A stretch of 64,000 nucleotides of DNA from Candidatus Latescibacterota bacterium (GTDB taxonomy: Bacteria; Latescibacterota; CBDEFO01). Position numbers and translations under genes: made by a program. Below the pieces are notes generated by a model. The model made no database searches, had not been told where the DNA came from, and saw only the letters and a list, made by a program, of their open reading frames with translations. Below, piece by piece: positions 53,649 through 63,825 of the stretch (within the stretch, counting starts at the first letter, position 1; the number at the start of each line of letters is the position of its first letter). Where the stretch lies: assembly GCA_965237525.1 (NCBI GenBank), contig CBDEFO010000003.1:224001-288000 (forward strand), given 5' to 3'.

Positions 53649-54500
53649 ATGTTAAAGCCTTTACTAAAGTGGCCAGGAGGAAAACGCTGGCTTGCTGCGA
53701 AAATTGTGCCTCACCTAGAAGGTACCTTTAAAAGATACATTGAACCTTTTTTTGGAGGGGGTGCGGTTTTGTTTGCACTTGAACCGCCCCGAGGATTGGC
53801 ATCGGATACAAATGGTGATTTAATCGACTGTTACCAGGCGATTAGGAAAGAAGGACACCGCGTACTGTGTGAACTCAACAAACTGCAGTGCATAAAGAGC
53901 GAGTATTACCGCATCCGTGATAGTTGGAACCCCCAGTGTGAGTTCCAACGTGCGTCTCGTCTTATTTACCTTTTGCGACACTCTTGGAATGGACTGTACC
54001 GCGTCAATAAAAAGGGTCGTTTCAATGTGCCATATTGCCCACGTGAGCGAAAGGATAGGCTTACAAGAGAGATGATGACCGGTGTCCAATCAATATTGCA
54101 GCGGGTTAGCTTAGAGTGTCAGGATTTCGAACAAGCTATTGCAAAAGCAGAAAAAGGTGACTTGATATTTGCAGACCCACCTTACTTCGAGAATGGTAAC
54201 ACAAAATTTGGAAATTATAGTTCAATTTCTTTTCAAGAAGAAGATCAAGAGCGTCTTGCAAAAGCCCTTACCACAGCAGAACGTAGAGGCGCCGCTTGGA
54301 TCCTTACCGATGGATGTTTTGAGCAGGTTCGGACCCATTTCTTAGGGCATGATATATTCGTTGTACCTCGTCAGTCTGTCATCGCTGCAGATCCAAAGTA
54401 TCGGAAGAGGATTTCTGAATATGTTGTGCTCTCCAGAGGAAGTGAACTCGGAAAGCTACGCCAATTTCTTGCCGAGAACTATAAACTGGTTTCCAACTGA
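53649..54500 (+). CDS. Dam-family (D12 class) DNA adenine methyltransferase
   Basis: KWPGGK, YIEPFFGGGA, YRVNKKGRFNVP, FADPPY. Confidence 0.92.
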   Translation: MLKPLLKWPGGKRWLAAKIVPHLEGTFKRYIEPFFGGGAVLFALEPPRGLASDTNGDLIDCYQAIRKEGHRVLCELNKLQCIKSEYYRIRDSWNPQCEFQRASRLIYLLRHSWNGLYRVNKKGRFNVPYCPRERKDRLTREMMTGVQSILQRVSLECQDFEQAIAKAEKGDLIFADPPYFENGNTKFGNYSSISFQEEDQERLAKALTTAERRGAAWILTDGCFEQVRTHFLGHDIFVVPRQSVIAADPKYRKRISEYVVLSRGSELGKLRQFLAENYKLVSN

Positions 54501-54642
54501 CCTTTTAGTTGGATAGTGCGTGAGGAGTCAACGAATTTACAATGTTACAAAAGAAGCACGAAAATCCAATCAAAATATTTAAGTTCTGTTATACTTAACT
54601 CAATATCACATTAATTTTATATCGAGAAGGGGGGTATCAAAG

Positions 54643-55326
54643 ATGCAAAAACATCTCATAATCTTGTTGACAGGATGTGTGCTCATACTTTACGGCTGCG
54701 GCGAAGATGGAGGTCCCACCTCCGGAACAAGGAGCGGACAGGTTCTATACCAGGAAAACTTCGATTCATACATAGACGGAACTCTGCCCGATTCCTGGGT
54801 GTGGACCGGCGACCCAACAGGTGGAGGCGCTTTCACTGTTAAAGATAAAGTCTTTAAACATACAGTAGAAGGAGACGTTTACTACTTCTATCAACGGCAG
54901 ACGTTCGGCGACGGGACATATGAGTTCGACGTGGACAGCGATGACACCTCGTGGATCTTTGCCTGGAGGATTACGTCTACAGATCCTTCGGAAGGGCAGG
55001 CGCTCCACCTCCAGTATAATATTCCGGTCGGTAGCAACAACCTGATTTTCTCCGTATCGGATTGGTCCACACTGGAGCAACATCCGCACGGTCAATTTAT
55101 GTGGCACAACGCATCTTCCGATACCCTGCTGGCAGCTGAATTGTCCCTGTCCTCAGGCCCGCATTACATAAAAATCGAGGACGATGGAAAAGCGGCTACT
55201 TTCCGCGTTGACGATGTGACCGTATTGGGGCACCCTCACGAACTGGATTCTGAGGGATTTATCGGACTCGGGAGTCAAAAAGCCTTAGGCATCGAATATG
55301 ACAATATTTCTGTAAAGGCCCTCTGA
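54643..55326 (+). CDS. Putative lipoprotein with beta-sandwich (ConA-like) domain
   Basis: Lipobox LYGC; YQENFD, GFIGL, YDNISV. Confidence 0.65.
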   Translation: MQKHLIILLTGCVLILYGCGEDGGPTSGTRSGQVLYQENFDSYIDGTLPDSWVWTGDPTGGGAFTVKDKVFKHTVEGDVYYFYQRQTFGDGTYEFDVDSDDTSWIFAWRITSTDPSEGQALHLQYNIPVGSNNLIFSVSDWSTLEQHPHGQFMWHNASSDTLLAAELSLSSGPHYIKIEDDGKAATFRVDDVTVLGHPHELDSEGFIGLGSQKALGIEYDNISVKAL

Positions 55327-55393
55327 TTCTCAAGTAAATTCGAGCACACTATTATCGCTAACTAAGTAGACAGGTTACCGCCTCTCCCCCCTT

Positions 55394-55492
55394 GAGATTG
55401 CTTGGCTGCCCCCGATTAAATCGGGGGTCGCAACGACAGTATCCGTCTTTGGCTTTCAGTCATTGCGAGGGGAAAAGCCCCGAAGCAATCTC
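55394..55492. repeat. Inverted pair of GAGATTGCTT...GCAAYGAC REP-like elements
   Basis: GAGATTGCTT..CCCCCGATTAAATCGGGGG..TCGCAACGAC and GTCATTGCGA..GAAGCAATCTC. Confidence 0.7.
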
Positions 55493-55575
55493 CGTTAGAC
55501 TGCCTCTCCCTCTATGTTGTCTACTATTTTGGATCTCTATAATTCATCTCCAGATTATTTTGACCTCATACTTAG

Positions 55576-55738
55576 CCTGGATTATTCATAAATTCTGATG
55601 GACCTGTGATAAGCTACTGTCAATACTGGGCTTTTAATTTTCGGTCTCATTTGAAAAACCAGCGGATTCTCCAGTCAACAACCTGTTGTATAACAGCGAC
55701 TTATGTAACATTCGAGGCAAGTTTGTGAATAATCCGGG
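55576..55738. mobile_element. MITE-like element (163 bp) with IS1380-like ends
   Basis: TIR CCYGGATTATTCAYAAA; TTAG duplicated at 55572-55575 and 55739-55742; no ORF. Confidence 0.7.
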
Positions 55739-55783
55739 TTAGCAAACCGATAAAGAGTCCTCACATATCGGAAATATACGAAG

Positions 55784-57277
55784 ATGAACTACACAACGAA
55801 CATCGGTCTTGAGATACATTGTCAACTCGACACGGAAAGCAAGTTGTTCTGCGAGTGCAGTGCCAGATATTTCCAGAAATACCAAAGGACAGGGACTTCC
55901 AAGATAAAACCAAATATGGAGATATGTCCCATCTGTCTCGGGCTTCCGGGGATACTCCCTGTACCTAACCTTGAGGCGATAAGGCTCTGCGTTAAATTGT
56001 CTTTAGCCCTCAACTGCGAAATCTTAGAAGAAGTGATCTTCCACCGCAAGAGCTATACGTATCCAGATCTTCCCAAAAACTATCAGATCTCGCAGTTTAA
56101 AAACGCAATAGGCAGTAACGGATACATGGACCTGGACCTGAATGGAGAGAATAAGAAAGTAACAATAACCGAAGTCCATCTGGAAGAGGATCCCGGAAAG
56201 CTCGAACATGAAAAAAGCGACACGGGGATAGACTTCAACAGATGCGGCATACCGCTTGCGGAAATCGTTACTGACTACAGAGATATAGCCACGTCCAGGG
56301 AGGCCCAGGCGTTCGTTCTAAAGCTCAGAGATATAGTCAGAGACACGGAAGTATCCAACGGCGATATGGAGAAAGGATCCTTACGGGTGGACATAAATAT
56401 CTCTGTCCGCCCCCAAGACGAAGGAAATTACGGCACCAAGACCGAGATCAAAAACCTCAACTCTATAAGAGCCGCAGGAGATGCTATTGACGCCGAATCT
56501 GAAAGACAGAGAAATCTCCTTGAATCAGGGGATAGAGTCAGACCGGCCACTTTAAGATGGGATGGTCACGGATTAAGCCTCCTCAGAGTTAAAGAAGAGG
56601 CCTCAGACTACAGATATTTTCCTGATCCTGACTTAGCCCCTATCAAATTAGACCCGGAACTTATAGAAGAAATAAAAAGCCAACTGCCGGAGGAAAGGGA
56701 CGAACTTTTCAGGCGACTTGTGGAAGAAAATGCCTTGACGGAAGATCAGGCGGAAATCCTGATCTTCGAGAGGACGCTTGCACGCTTCTTTGAACTTGGG
56801 GTCGCTGGGACAAAAGATGCGGAGCTTACTTACAACTTCCTTACATCCACGCTTCTTCCGAACCTTCAGAAGCGCAATTTGGAGCTTAAAGACGTTTCTT
56901 CTGAAAAGATAGCTCAATTCTTAAGGTACGTCAAAGATCACAACACTGATAAGACCCTTGTCCACCAGGCACTCAATCAGTCTATAGACCAAAAGACAGA
57001 TCTTGTCGAGACTATAAAAGGCCTATCCTCCAAAAGAATAGGAACAGATGAGACCGAACGCATAGTGGATGAGACCATACAGAGGCTCAAGAAGGATGCC
57101 TCCGACGACAAGGGAAACGTAGTTGACAATGCCGTTGCGGAGTTTAAGGATATAGGGCAGTCCAAAGCCGTAAACGTTATAATAGGCGCCATAATGAGAG
57201 AATACGGCAGGAAGGTCGATCCCAAAGACGTAGGGAAATTGGTCAACCGGAAGATACAAGAGATGGCCGAAGCATGA
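55784..57277 (+). CDS. gatB: Asp/Glu-tRNA amidotransferase subunit B
   Basis: IGLEIHCQL, CLGLPG, YPDLPKNYQISQ, HLEEDPGK, GSLRVDINIS, EIKNLNS, DYRYFPDPDL. Confidence 0.95.
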   Translation: MNYTTNIGLEIHCQLDTESKLFCECSARYFQKYQRTGTSKIKPNMEICPICLGLPGILPVPNLEAIRLCVKLSLALNCEILEEVIFHRKSYTYPDLPKNYQISQFKNAIGSNGYMDLDLNGENKKVTITEVHLEEDPGKLEHEKSDTGIDFNRCGIPLAEIVTDYRDIATSREAQAFVLKLRDIVRDTEVSNGDMEKGSLRVDINISVRPQDEGNYGTKTEIKNLNSIRAAGDAIDAESERQRNLLESGDRVRPATLRWDGHGLSLLRVKEEASDYRYFPDPDLAPIKLDPELIEEIKSQLPEERDELFRRLVEENALTEDQAEILIFERTLARFFELGVAGTKDAELTYNFLTSTLLPNLQKRNLELKDVSSEKIAQFLRYVKDHNTDKTLVHQALNQSIDQKTDLVETIKGLSSKRIGTDETERIVDETIQRLKKDASDDKGNVVDNAVAEFKDIGQSKAVNVIIGAIMREYGRKVDPKDVGKLVNRKIQEMAEA

Positions 57278-57283
57278 AGATCG

Positions 57284-58243
57284 TTATGCTCGCTGGTCAG
57301 CCGTGTACACATCTACCGTCTCCACAGGGCGGAATTTTCTCTTAAACTGTTTTAAGCCAGCACTCCCCAAATCGCTCGCATCGTTTATAAGCTCGAACTT
57401 TCTCATTTCACTAAAGAAACAATATCTCGTATATTCTGAAAGTCCTTTTATGTCCAGATCGCACTTCGAGACAAAGAAATTAGCCATCCCAGCCCACATC
57501 CTTCCCCCCATCCAGAATCCCCTTATCTTCCCATCTATCTCGGCAACCCACCCGGAAAGATCTGGAACTTTTGCATAATACTCTAAAGCGGATCTCGTGT
57601 AAGCCCAGTCCAAGAGCCTCAGTGAACGTCCCTCTCTCCCATGTCTTTTAGCCTTTCTCCATGCACGCATAATTTCCATGCACCCGTCCACATCTTCTTT
57701 CCTCATCTTTCTACATAGGACTTTATATTCCTTTTCAGTGCGACGTATTCGCTTCCTCAGGTCCCTGTAAGGGCTCCCTTCCATCCCCACAATCTTCTTT
57801 GGGTCATATATATACTCCGCCTCCTTCCACCTGAGATAGCAGACGCCCATCTTATCCATCGCCACTTTGTCACACCTGTCCACCCACAAGATTCTCCCCT
57901 CTTTATCTCCGTTAAAAGAGTTCATCAACTCTGTGCACTGCACAAGAGCACTATCTGAAAAGGGCAGGGGAGGGAAAAACATATTCATCCTGACGCCCTC
58001 AGGTCTGTGATTTACCACAAAGACACAGAGACACCCGCTTATCTTCATCCAGAATATGTCTCTTGAGGGGGAGGCCCCGTAACAGAAGATAAACGGAAAG
58101 TAGTAACACCAGGTCTTCTTCCGATTCTCGCTAAATGCCTCTATGAACAGATCCGCATCCTCAAGCGTCAGGCGCTTTAGCCGTGTCTCAAAGCGGACTA
58201 TTTTACTATCTGCAGTAAGAAGGGGACTATCCGCGCTCTGCAT
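57284..58243 (-). CDS. DUF2156 / phosphatidylglycerol lysyltransferase-like GNAT-fold protein
   Basis: EYIYD..GSPYRDLRKRIR, KCDLDIKGL, INDASDLGSAGLKQFKRKFRP. Confidence 0.8.
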   Translation of the reverse strand: MQSADSPLLTADSKIVRFETRLKRLTLEDADLFIEAFSENRKKTWCYYFPFIFCYGASPSRDIFWMKISGCLCVFVVNHRPEGVRMNMFFPPLPFSDSALVQCTELMNSFNGDKEGRILWVDRCDKVAMDKMGVCYLRWKEAEYIYDPKKIVGMEGSPYRDLRKRIRRTEKEYKVLCRKMRKEDVDGCMEIMRAWRKAKRHGREGRSLRLLDWAYTRSALEYYAKVPDLSGWVAEIDGKIRGFWMGGRMWAGMANFFVSKCDLDIKGLSEYTRYCFFSEMRKFELINDASDLGSAGLKQFKRKFRPVETVDVYTADQRA

Positions 58244-58616
58244 CGAACAACCTCGTCCTTGAAGGCTTCAGCTCCTTCTTCAGATGATCTACAATTACCG
58301 AACTGTCCATCCCACCTGGTGGCTTGCTGCCGCCCCTGAAAGAATCATTCGGGGACTGCTCGTCCCTCCCGTCACAGGACAGAATGTCCACAGCCATAAA
58401 TCCCTCCTCAGCCCAGGTGTGGACGCTCACGTGCGACTCGGAGATCATGACATATCCGCTGAATCCGTAAGGCTCAAACTGATGAAAGTGATAGTGCACG
58501 ATCTTGGCCCCTGAAAGCTTCACAGCCTCTATCAGCACGCTCTTTACAGGCTCTACCTGCTTCAAGAGTTCTATGTTATCAAACCACATATCCAAAAGGA
58601 TGTGGCTCCTTGTCAT
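58227..58616 (-). CDS. speD: S-adenosylmethionine decarboxylase proenzyme
   Basis: FHQFEPYGFSG, ISESHVSVHTW (E|S cleavage site), DILSC. Confidence 0.9.
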   Translation of the reverse strand: MTRSHILLDMWFDNIELLKQVEPVKSVLIEAVKLSGAKIVHYHFHQFEPYGFSGYVMISESHVSVHTWAEEGFMAVDILSCDGRDEQSPNDSFRGGSKPPGGMDSSVIVDHLKKELKPSRTRLFDAERG

Positions 58617-59656
58617 CTTTTCCTTTTCTCCTTCTTTTTCACCTGTGATGTGTACAGTTGTCCTTCATAGACGCTCCTTACAGAAGAGCGAGCTGAAGGC
58701 GTAGTCAGGGCGTGGATCAACTGACTCGATCCCGCCAGAATTTGAGCCCCTTCATATCTATTGAACCCGGGGATAATCTCCCTTATAAGTAGACCCATAG
58801 AAATAGCGCTTTTGTGTATCCTTATCATCTCATTCCACCCTTTATGAGCGAATGAAATGAACATCTGCTGTCCTTGATCATCTTTTAGTCCCTCAAGTCC
58901 TCGCGATACGAAAAGCTCAAACCCTTCCAGGGTATAAGGGGGATCTGTCGCAAGGACATCGAACCTCTTTTGGAATCTTTCGGGAAGAGGCGTCCTCAAG
59001 TCGTGCTGCACAGCCTCGATCATCAGATCCTCTTCTTTTGAAATGTTGGATATATAATCCACTATCCTTCCATCTACTTCCAGGACGCATATACTCCCCT
59101 TCATATTCTCACTTTTGCAATATAGCTCCCTTTTCAAGAGTCCCAGAGCCAAAGACGCCAGATCGTCATCTCCCAGGATCAGAACATCCCTGCCCTCTAC
59201 AGCGTCGTTTTCGTACATATACAGAGCCCTGTTCAAGGCCGTCTGTGGAGTGTCGTGTGACTGATCCACGGACCTGTCCACAGATGGCCTTTCCCTGCAA
59301 TAGTGGATCAAGGTCTCCAACAGCGGCTCTAATTCAGAAGACGATAAAATTCCTCTCCCTCGGCAATGTGGGCAGTTAAAACTCTCTCTGCTCCATATGC
59401 CCATATCCTCCTTCAAAATATCATTTCCCTTGTCCGAAAGACATAATCCGCTTTTTCTTACTAATATGCCCCTCTTTTCTAATTCTCTCCTCACAGCCGA
59501 CACCACGGGCAAAGGGAGATGGACCGACTGAGAGAGTTCCCAAAGACTTACGTTTCCCCTCCTGTAGACCTCCCTTAGAATACGCCTTACCGCCTCATGG
59601 CCCTCGTAAATTTGGGTCGCCGATGAAACCTCCGAAAGGAGATCGTCTCCTGTCAC
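58613..59656 (-). CDS. bpsA: Branched-chain polyamine synthase BpsA-like aminopropyltransferase with N-terminal HTH
   Basis: CPHCRGRG, DQSH, VLILGDDDLAS, DLRTPLP, ATDPPYT, PGFNRY; adjacent to speD. Confidence 0.78.
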   Translation of the reverse strand: MTGDDLLSEVSSATQIYEGHEAVRRILREVYRRGNVSLWELSQSVHLPLPVVSAVRRELEKRGILVRKSGLCLSDKGNDILKEDMGIWSRESFNCPHCRGRGILSSSELEPLLETLIHYCRERPSVDRSVDQSHDTPQTALNRALYMYENDAVEGRDVLILGDDDLASLALGLLKRELYCKSENMKGSICVLEVDGRIVDYISNISKEEDLMIEAVQHDLRTPLPERFQKRFDVLATDPPYTLEGFELFVSRGLEGLKDDQGQQMFISFAHKGWNEMIRIHKSAISMGLLIREIIPGFNRYEGAQILAGSSQLIHALTTPSARSSVRSVYEGQLYTSQVKKKEKRKR

Positions 59657-59769
59657 TATTTTCTCACTTTCTTGCTTATTGGTATCCCTCGTATCCTGCT
59701 TTGGAATAAGCCTACCGCATCAAGACCAGCTTCCTGTCTGCACAAATCCATCTGTCTCTAACTGTAAAG

Positions 59770-62700
59770 CTATCCTGTCCTGCCAAAGTTATCCAGAAAG
59801 ATCACAAAGTCGGATAGACCGATCTCTTCATCATTATCCAAATCAAATGTGGTATCCCAATCCGGTGAACTGGTCGTTGCCCCAAATGCATCCAGAAAAA
59901 GAACAAAATCGGAGAGACCTACTTCATTATCCCCGTTGAAATCTCCTACAAGGCTAGGGACGACAACAGGGATATCAGAGAGATTCAACAACACTGATAC
60001 AGTAGTGCCTCTGATGAACTCGCCCGGATTAGCCACAGCCAGGTCATTATCTCCATCCCCATCTAAATCGGCACTGAAAACTGATGAGGCAGCATCCCCA
60101 GCGTCATAGTCCAACTTGTCTGCAAATGTCCCATCTCCATTATTCAACAACACTGATACATTATCGCTGCCAAAATTAGCCACAGCTAAGTCATTATCTC
60201 CATCCCTATCCAAATCTGCACTGAAGACTGAACGTGGCCTACTCCCAGCACCATAGTCCACCTTAGGTGCAAATGTACCATCTCCATTATTCAGCAACAC
60301 TGATACAGTAGTGCCTCTGATGAACTCGCCCGGATTAGCCACAGCCAGGTCATTATCTCCATCTCCATCTAAATCGGCAATGAATACTGATGAGGCAGCA
60401 TCCCCAGCGTCATAGTCCAACTTGTCTGCAAATGTCCCATCTCCATTATTCAACAACACTGATACATTATCGCTGCCAAAATTAGCCACAGCTAAGTCAT
60501 TATCTCCATCCCTATCCAAATCTGCACTGAAGACTGAACGTGGCCTACTCCCAGCACCATAGTCCACCTTAGGTGCAAATGGTACCATCCCCCTTGTTCA
60601 ACAACACTGACATACCATTCCGATTAGCCACAACTAAGTCATTATCTCCATCTTCATCTAAATCCACACTGAAGACTGAACGTGGCCTACTCCCAGCACC
60701 ATGGTCCACCTTAGGTGCAAATGTCCCATCTCCATTATTCAACAATACTGACACAGTACCGTTGAATACAGTATTAGCCACAGCCAAGTCATTATCTCCA
60801 TCCCCATCTAAATCGGCACTGAAAACTGATGTGGCACTAATCCCAGCGTCATAGTCCACCTGAGGTGCAAATGTTCCGTCTCCATTATTTAACAACACTG
60901 ACACAGTACCAAGAAAGCCACTTGAATTAGCCACAGCCAAATCATTATCTCCATCCCCATCTAAATCTGCACTGAATACTGAACCGGGGGAATCCCCAGT
61001 GGCATAGTCAGTCTTAGGTCCGAAAAGGGCAGGAACGAAAGTAAATCCGTTCTCAAGTGTGCCTGCCAGACCATCTGGATTTGTGACTGTCACATCCAAA
61101 GTACCAGCAGGATGAGCAGGAATCACAGCAGCAATGATATTGGTGGCAACTACGACTACATCTGTGGCTGCAATATTGCCGAAAGTAACAGTTGCTCCTC
61201 TCTGGAAAACGCTCCCTTTTATTGTCACAGGCGTACCGATCAATTCCAAGCCTGAAGTGGGATTAATAGATGTCACAGCAGGAGGACCAGGAGGAGGCGT
61301 CACAGACAGATTCAACAACACTGATACAGTACCGTTGGCCACAAAATTAGCCACAGCCAGGTCATTATCACCATCCCCATCTAAATCTGCACTGAAAACT
61401 GACCAGGGAGCATTCCCAGTGGCATAGCCCACCTTGTCTGTAAATGTACCATCTCCATTATTCATCAACACTGATACATTAGCGCCTCCAGCAGTAGCCG
61501 CTACTATGTCATTATCTGCATCCCCATCTAAATCTGCAATGAATACTGACAGGGGAATCTCTCCAACACGATAGTCGACTTTAGGTGCAAATGGTCCCAT
61601 CTCCATTATTCAACAACACTGACACAGTATTACTGTTCAAATTAGCCGTAGCTAAGTCATTATCACCATCACCATCCAAATCTTCAATAAATACTGAACG
61701 GGGAAACTCCCCAACACTATAGTCCATCTTAGTTGCGAATGTACCATCTCCATTATTCAACAACACTGACACATTGTCACCGTTCTGATTAGCCACAGCT
61801 AGGTGATTATCTCCATCTCCATCTAAATCCGCACTGAATACTGAAATGGCAGCACTCCCAGCTTGATAGTGCACTTTAGGTGCAAATGTCCCATCTCCAT
61901 TATTCAAGAGTACTGACACTTGAGACGTAACTAGGTCATTGTCTCCATCCCCATCTAAATCCGCACTGAATACAGAAAAACCCCCAGCGGGATAGTCCAT
62001 CTTAGGTGCAAATGTACCATCCCCATTATTCATCAACACTGATACACTGAAATCGCAACACGATCCACTATTAGTCACAGCCATATCATTATCTCCATCT
62101 CCATCTAAATCTGCAATGAAGACTGATGAGGGTTCATTCTCAACACTGTAGTCCACCTTAGGTGCAAATGTTCCATCTCCTTTATTTAGCAACACTGACA
62201 CATTATCGCTTTCATAATTTGCCACAGCTAGGTCATAATCTCCATCCCCATCTACATCTGCACCGAAAACTGATCCGGGACGATTCCCAGCGGCATAGTC
62301 AGCTCTGAGTCCGAAAAGGGCAGGAACGAAAGTAAACCCGTTCTCACGTATGCCTGCCTGACCGTCGGGATTTGTAACTGTCACGTCCACAATACCAACA
62401 GGATGAGCAGGAGTCACCGCGGTAATGGTAGTGGAGTTCACTACGGCTATATTTGTGGCTACGCTACTGCCAAAAGTAACAGTCGCTCCTCTCTGGAAAT
62501 TGCTCCCTTTTATTGTCACACTCACAGGAGTACCGACTAATTCCGCGTCGGAAGTGGGATTAACAGATGTCACAACTGGAGGAGGAGGAACAATAACCTC
62601 AAATCCGTTCTCAAGTGTGTCTGCCTGACCGTCAGGATTTGTAACTATCACGTCCACAGTACCGACAGGATGGGTAGGAGTACCAAGGGTAATGGTACCC

Positions 62701-63794
62701 AGAAGCCCTACAGCTACATTTGTGACTGAGCTATCTCCGAAAGTAACAGTCGCTCCACTTTGGAAATTGCTCCCTTTTATCGTCACAGGTGTACCGCCTA
62801 ATTCTGAGCCAAAAGTGGGACTAATAGATGTGACAATCAAAGGAGGTGTCACATTAGAGAGATTCAACAACACTGATACATTGCGCCCAGCCACAGCTAA
62901 GTCATTATCCCCATCCCCATCTAAATCTGCACTGAAGAGTGAACTACCCCGAGGGCTATAGTCCACCTTAGGTGCGAATGTCCCATCTCCATTATTCAAT
63001 AGTACTGACACTCCAGACGTAACTAAGTCATTATCTCCATCCCCATCTAAATCCACACTGAAGAGTGAACTACCCCCAGCGGGATAGTCCACCTTAGGTG
63101 CAAATGTACCATCCCCATTATTCATCAACACTGATACGTTACCGCCTGCAACCACAGCTAAGCCATTATCTCCATCCCCATCTAAATCTGCACTATCTAA
63201 ATCTGGACTGAACAATGAACCGGGACCACTCCCAGCAGCATAGTCCACCTTAGGTGCAAATGTACCATCCCCATTGTTCAACAACACTGTTACAGTAAGA
63301 GTACCTGAGAAGCCCTCATTAGCCACAGCCAAGTCATTATCTCCATCACCATCCAAATCTGCAATAAATACTGAATAGGGTCTACTCCCAGCGGCATATT
63401 CCACCTTGGGTGCAAATGTCCCATCTCCATTATTTAACAGCACTGATACAGTAGTGCCGCTCTCGAAGTACCAATTAGCCACAGTCAGGTCATTATCTGC
63501 ATCTCCATCTAAATCTGCAATGAATACTGATTGGGGACCATTCCCAGCAGCATAGTCCACCTTAGCTGCAAATGTACCATCTCCATTATTCAATAACACT
63601 GATACATTATCACTCTCTGCGTTAGCCACAGCTAAGTCATTATCTCCATCTCCATCTAAATCTGCACTGAAAACTGAACGGGGACTAAACCCAACGGCAT
63701 AGTGAGTTGGGAGTCCGAAAAGGTCCTGTGCATAGGCAGGCGCGTTCAAAGCGACTAACAGGATCAGAGCAGTATATAAGATCGCACATCTCAT
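59770..63794 (-). CDS. Large secreted FG-GAP repeat + IPT/TIG protein with dockerin-like tail; two frameshifts (~61593, ~60581)
   Basis: ORFs 61581-63794, 60569-61606 and 59770-60588 join into one repeat protein; tail GDFNGDNEVGLSDFVLFLDAFG. Confidence 0.85.
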
Positions 63795-63825
63795 TTTATT
63801 ATCTCTTAACGGAGAGATCCGAATG

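Noticed and set aside
36022..63794. Diversity-generating retroelement acting on FG-GAP loops
   Set aside because: No reverse transcriptase or non-coding template repeat in the window; differences include indels and non-adenine changes
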